64,000 nucleotides of DNA from Laetmonice hystrix (Eukaryota), in the NCBI GenBank assembly GCA_965235115.1, contig OZ249446.1:15996001-16060000 (forward strand), read 5' to 3'. Positions within the stretch are counted from its first letter, which is position 1. Every line of letters begins with the position of its first letter. The position numbers and the translations under genes were made by a program. Of the stretch, positions 61,517-64,000 are shown one piece after another. The notes under the pieces were generated by a model. That model did no database searches and was not told the origin of the DNA. It saw only the letters and a program-made list of their open reading frames with translations.

Positions 61517-63516
61517 ATACAAAGTCACACTCAGGATGTTAGGTAACGCATCAGCAATTCATGATGGAAACTTTAGTGTACTTTTCAAGTAAATGTGGAA
61601 TTTTACTTCATCCTTCCATCTGCAATACGCCCACTGTAGCATTGTGAAGAAATAGGATACAAATACACATGTACATTCAGCCCATGGCATACTAATTCAG
61701 GAGGTCTCTACTAAAGACTGCCATGAAGCGTACAAATACTGAGTTTCACTTGAAATACTAGGTATTTCATCTTCATCAACTCTTAAAAGTTTGGTCTTAG
61801 TATCTTAATCCTGGAGGTGGTTGCCGTCCGGCGGACCGCAAAGTATCCCGGATTAAACCGGAGACATGCGCTTATCTCCTTAATGTGGCGAAGGGAATGT
61901 CAATATTGATATTGACACTGCGAGGAGGTTGACAGTTGCCAAGTTAAAGTCAGCATATTAATTGTAAAGCCCCATCTTTAAGTCATCCACTCTCTGAGAA
62001 CTATTAGCCGCTTCGTGTGGTGATTGGGCGAGCTTTGATTGACATTCCACCACTAATTTTATTTAAAACTCGCACTATCTTGGGGGATGTTCGCGCAAGT
62101 CAGAAGGGACTTAATCTGATCCCAACTATGGAAAAAGGGCAACGTGGAGCAGATGACGTTTAAGCTCTTTAAGCTTCCATTTTAAGAAAGCCACCACAAC
62201 GATATCACAATTCTCACCCATTAATATGGTTTTCAGGGCGACGTCTTGGAGACCAGTGAAATGGGGCCCACCACCCACATTGGTATCGTGATCGATCCTT
62301 CTTGGTCAACAACTCACCGTGTTTACATAGCTTCAACCGACTAATTCCAATAATGGCTCTTACGTTGACACGTACCGAGCGGCAACCCTCTCAGTTCAAA
62401 GGACATTGGCATATAAAACCCTCAGCTATCTAGGATTGTTTAGGTATATTTTTTTAGCTATTACCCCCGGGAGAGTGGGATCATGAGCCCCCCCCCCCCT
62501 CCAAAAAAAGGACGTAGAATTTCTATTATGTACGATATAATGTTTACAGGTTTTAGCGTGATGCTGTGGTGAACGTTGATAGTTTAAAAACTTTTTTTTC
62601 AAATACCAATGAAATAATAATGAAAAGGACAACTCTATGTTGTGACATATGACTATATATTATGCTGACTGGACTACGTCAAGGCTAAGTCTTACAGGTG
62701 TGCGATCATCAATGCACCTTGACTTATGTCGATAACAAACAACCTACCCAAGGACAATAAGATGTTCTAGGCCGAGACCTGTACTCAGCAGAATACGTTA
62801 TAATGGCTCAGTTCTTCGCTCTCTGAACCACCCATAACCAGCTTATCTGATTAAAGCTAGGGGTTGAGATGATAGTCATTTACCCACACATAGACAGCTG
62901 GGGGTGTGGTGGGGGGTAGGGTTCTATTGTTTACCTGTAGCAATTTGCCTGTAGTAATAAAACAGGTATTTCCGTAATTTAAACACCAGCTTCTTCAGGC
63001 GCCCCTCGTCACTTGTGAGTCATTTATTACATGCAGTAATTTGTTTCGCCTCTACTACAACGCATATTATGTAATTATAAACGTGGTAACCCAAACACAA
63101 AAATGCAGGCGTGAAGACTATGTTATTGTTTGACTGCGGCCAAGCCCTTGCAGAATTCCACACGTCATAACCAAACGTAGATGCGTGATGTGCGGGGGTG
63201 GCAAGGGTAAGCATTGTTCTCGGTGACACCTACACACCTGAAGGGAGTCTCGCAAACAACAGTGTCTTTGAGGACTACCAACCATGCCGAGCCCAGATCA
63301 GCACCATGGTGCACGTACAGACAATGGATTAAAAAAAAGAAGCAACACTGAAATGCACCGGTGGCAATATTGGAGCAGGCGGTGACCGAGTATCGTAGGC
63401 ACTCTCCAAGGGCCTGCTTCGGTAGAGGGCCTCTAACACTGGATATCAAGATTTCCTTTGGTTAAAATAATGCATTTTTTACACTCCTGTTTAAAAAAAA
63501 TTCCCTTAATATAGTA

Positions 63517-63577
63517 TTTTTTCAAAGGGGGGGGGGGGGTCCGGGATACTTGGAAACCCCCCTGGATACGCCACTGC
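63517..63577 (-). mobile_element. Single end of a hAT-like MITE
   Basis: Minus strand reads CAGTGGCGTATCCAGGGGGGTTTCC..., the same terminus type as 25850/26210; partner end not found. Confidence 0.4.
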
Positions 63578-64000
63578 CCCCCTCCTCTAGGCAAATAGTG
63601 CATGCAGCAACGTAGCATTGGAAGACAATTCCACATGAAACAGGTGCAAACTGTTGATTAAAATAAAGCCCAATATATTTATAACCCCGACTGAAAAAAA
63701 TGGCAGCCTGCCCATGACGTAGAAATGGTACTTTTTTTTCTTATTACCCTTTTAGTTCTCAGTTGTCAACAAATAAATCTACCAAGTGCATTGACGTTAG
63801 TCTCGTGCTGTATGATGCCAAACACGATATCTAGATAAAACGAATTCTGGAGGAGGGGTTGCGTGGAGTTCGGGTGGTGTTCTGCTGACTCGACACGGTA
63901 TGGCAGATTCCCACTCTATATTTAGGTGGGAATTCTGTGGTACAGAATTATCTTTACTCTACAGGTATGCCAAGACGAGCGGGTGTGTATGTGTGTGCTA

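Overview
Animal (eukaryotic) genomic DNA, rich in introns and repeats; probably a lophotrochozoan such as an annelid (inferred from gene family and repeat style, not verified). No rRNA, intact tRNA or CRISPR feature is supportable. Two convergent host genes were reconstructed by hand from GT-AG splice sites and exon phases. (1) The last 10 coding exons of Mediator subunit MED24 on + (219-7632, 1515 nt, 504 aa plus stop, 5'-truncated by the window edge). (2) A large minus-strand single-pass receptor with SUEL/rhamnose-binding-lectin-like, CUB-like and sushi/CCP-like domains, a stalk, a TM helix and a tyrosine-motif-rich tail (6 exons, 42535 to 14103; signal-peptide exon not confidently located). 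Introns contain a TTAA-flanked Kolobok-type non-autonomous element carrying tandem RFX X-boxes (2437-4711) and a 3.4-kb CACTA/CMC-type element (25199-28582). The latter carries its own spliced antisense gene remnant and nested MITEs. There are also several mini/microsatellites, SINE-like relics and a 389-N assembly gap. Unexplained signals include 17 copies of the palindrome TAGGCCTA (about 1 expected) and a dense CRE plus X-box cluster upstream of the receptor gene. Most ORFs in the supplied track are spurious (repeat-, gap- or intron-derived).
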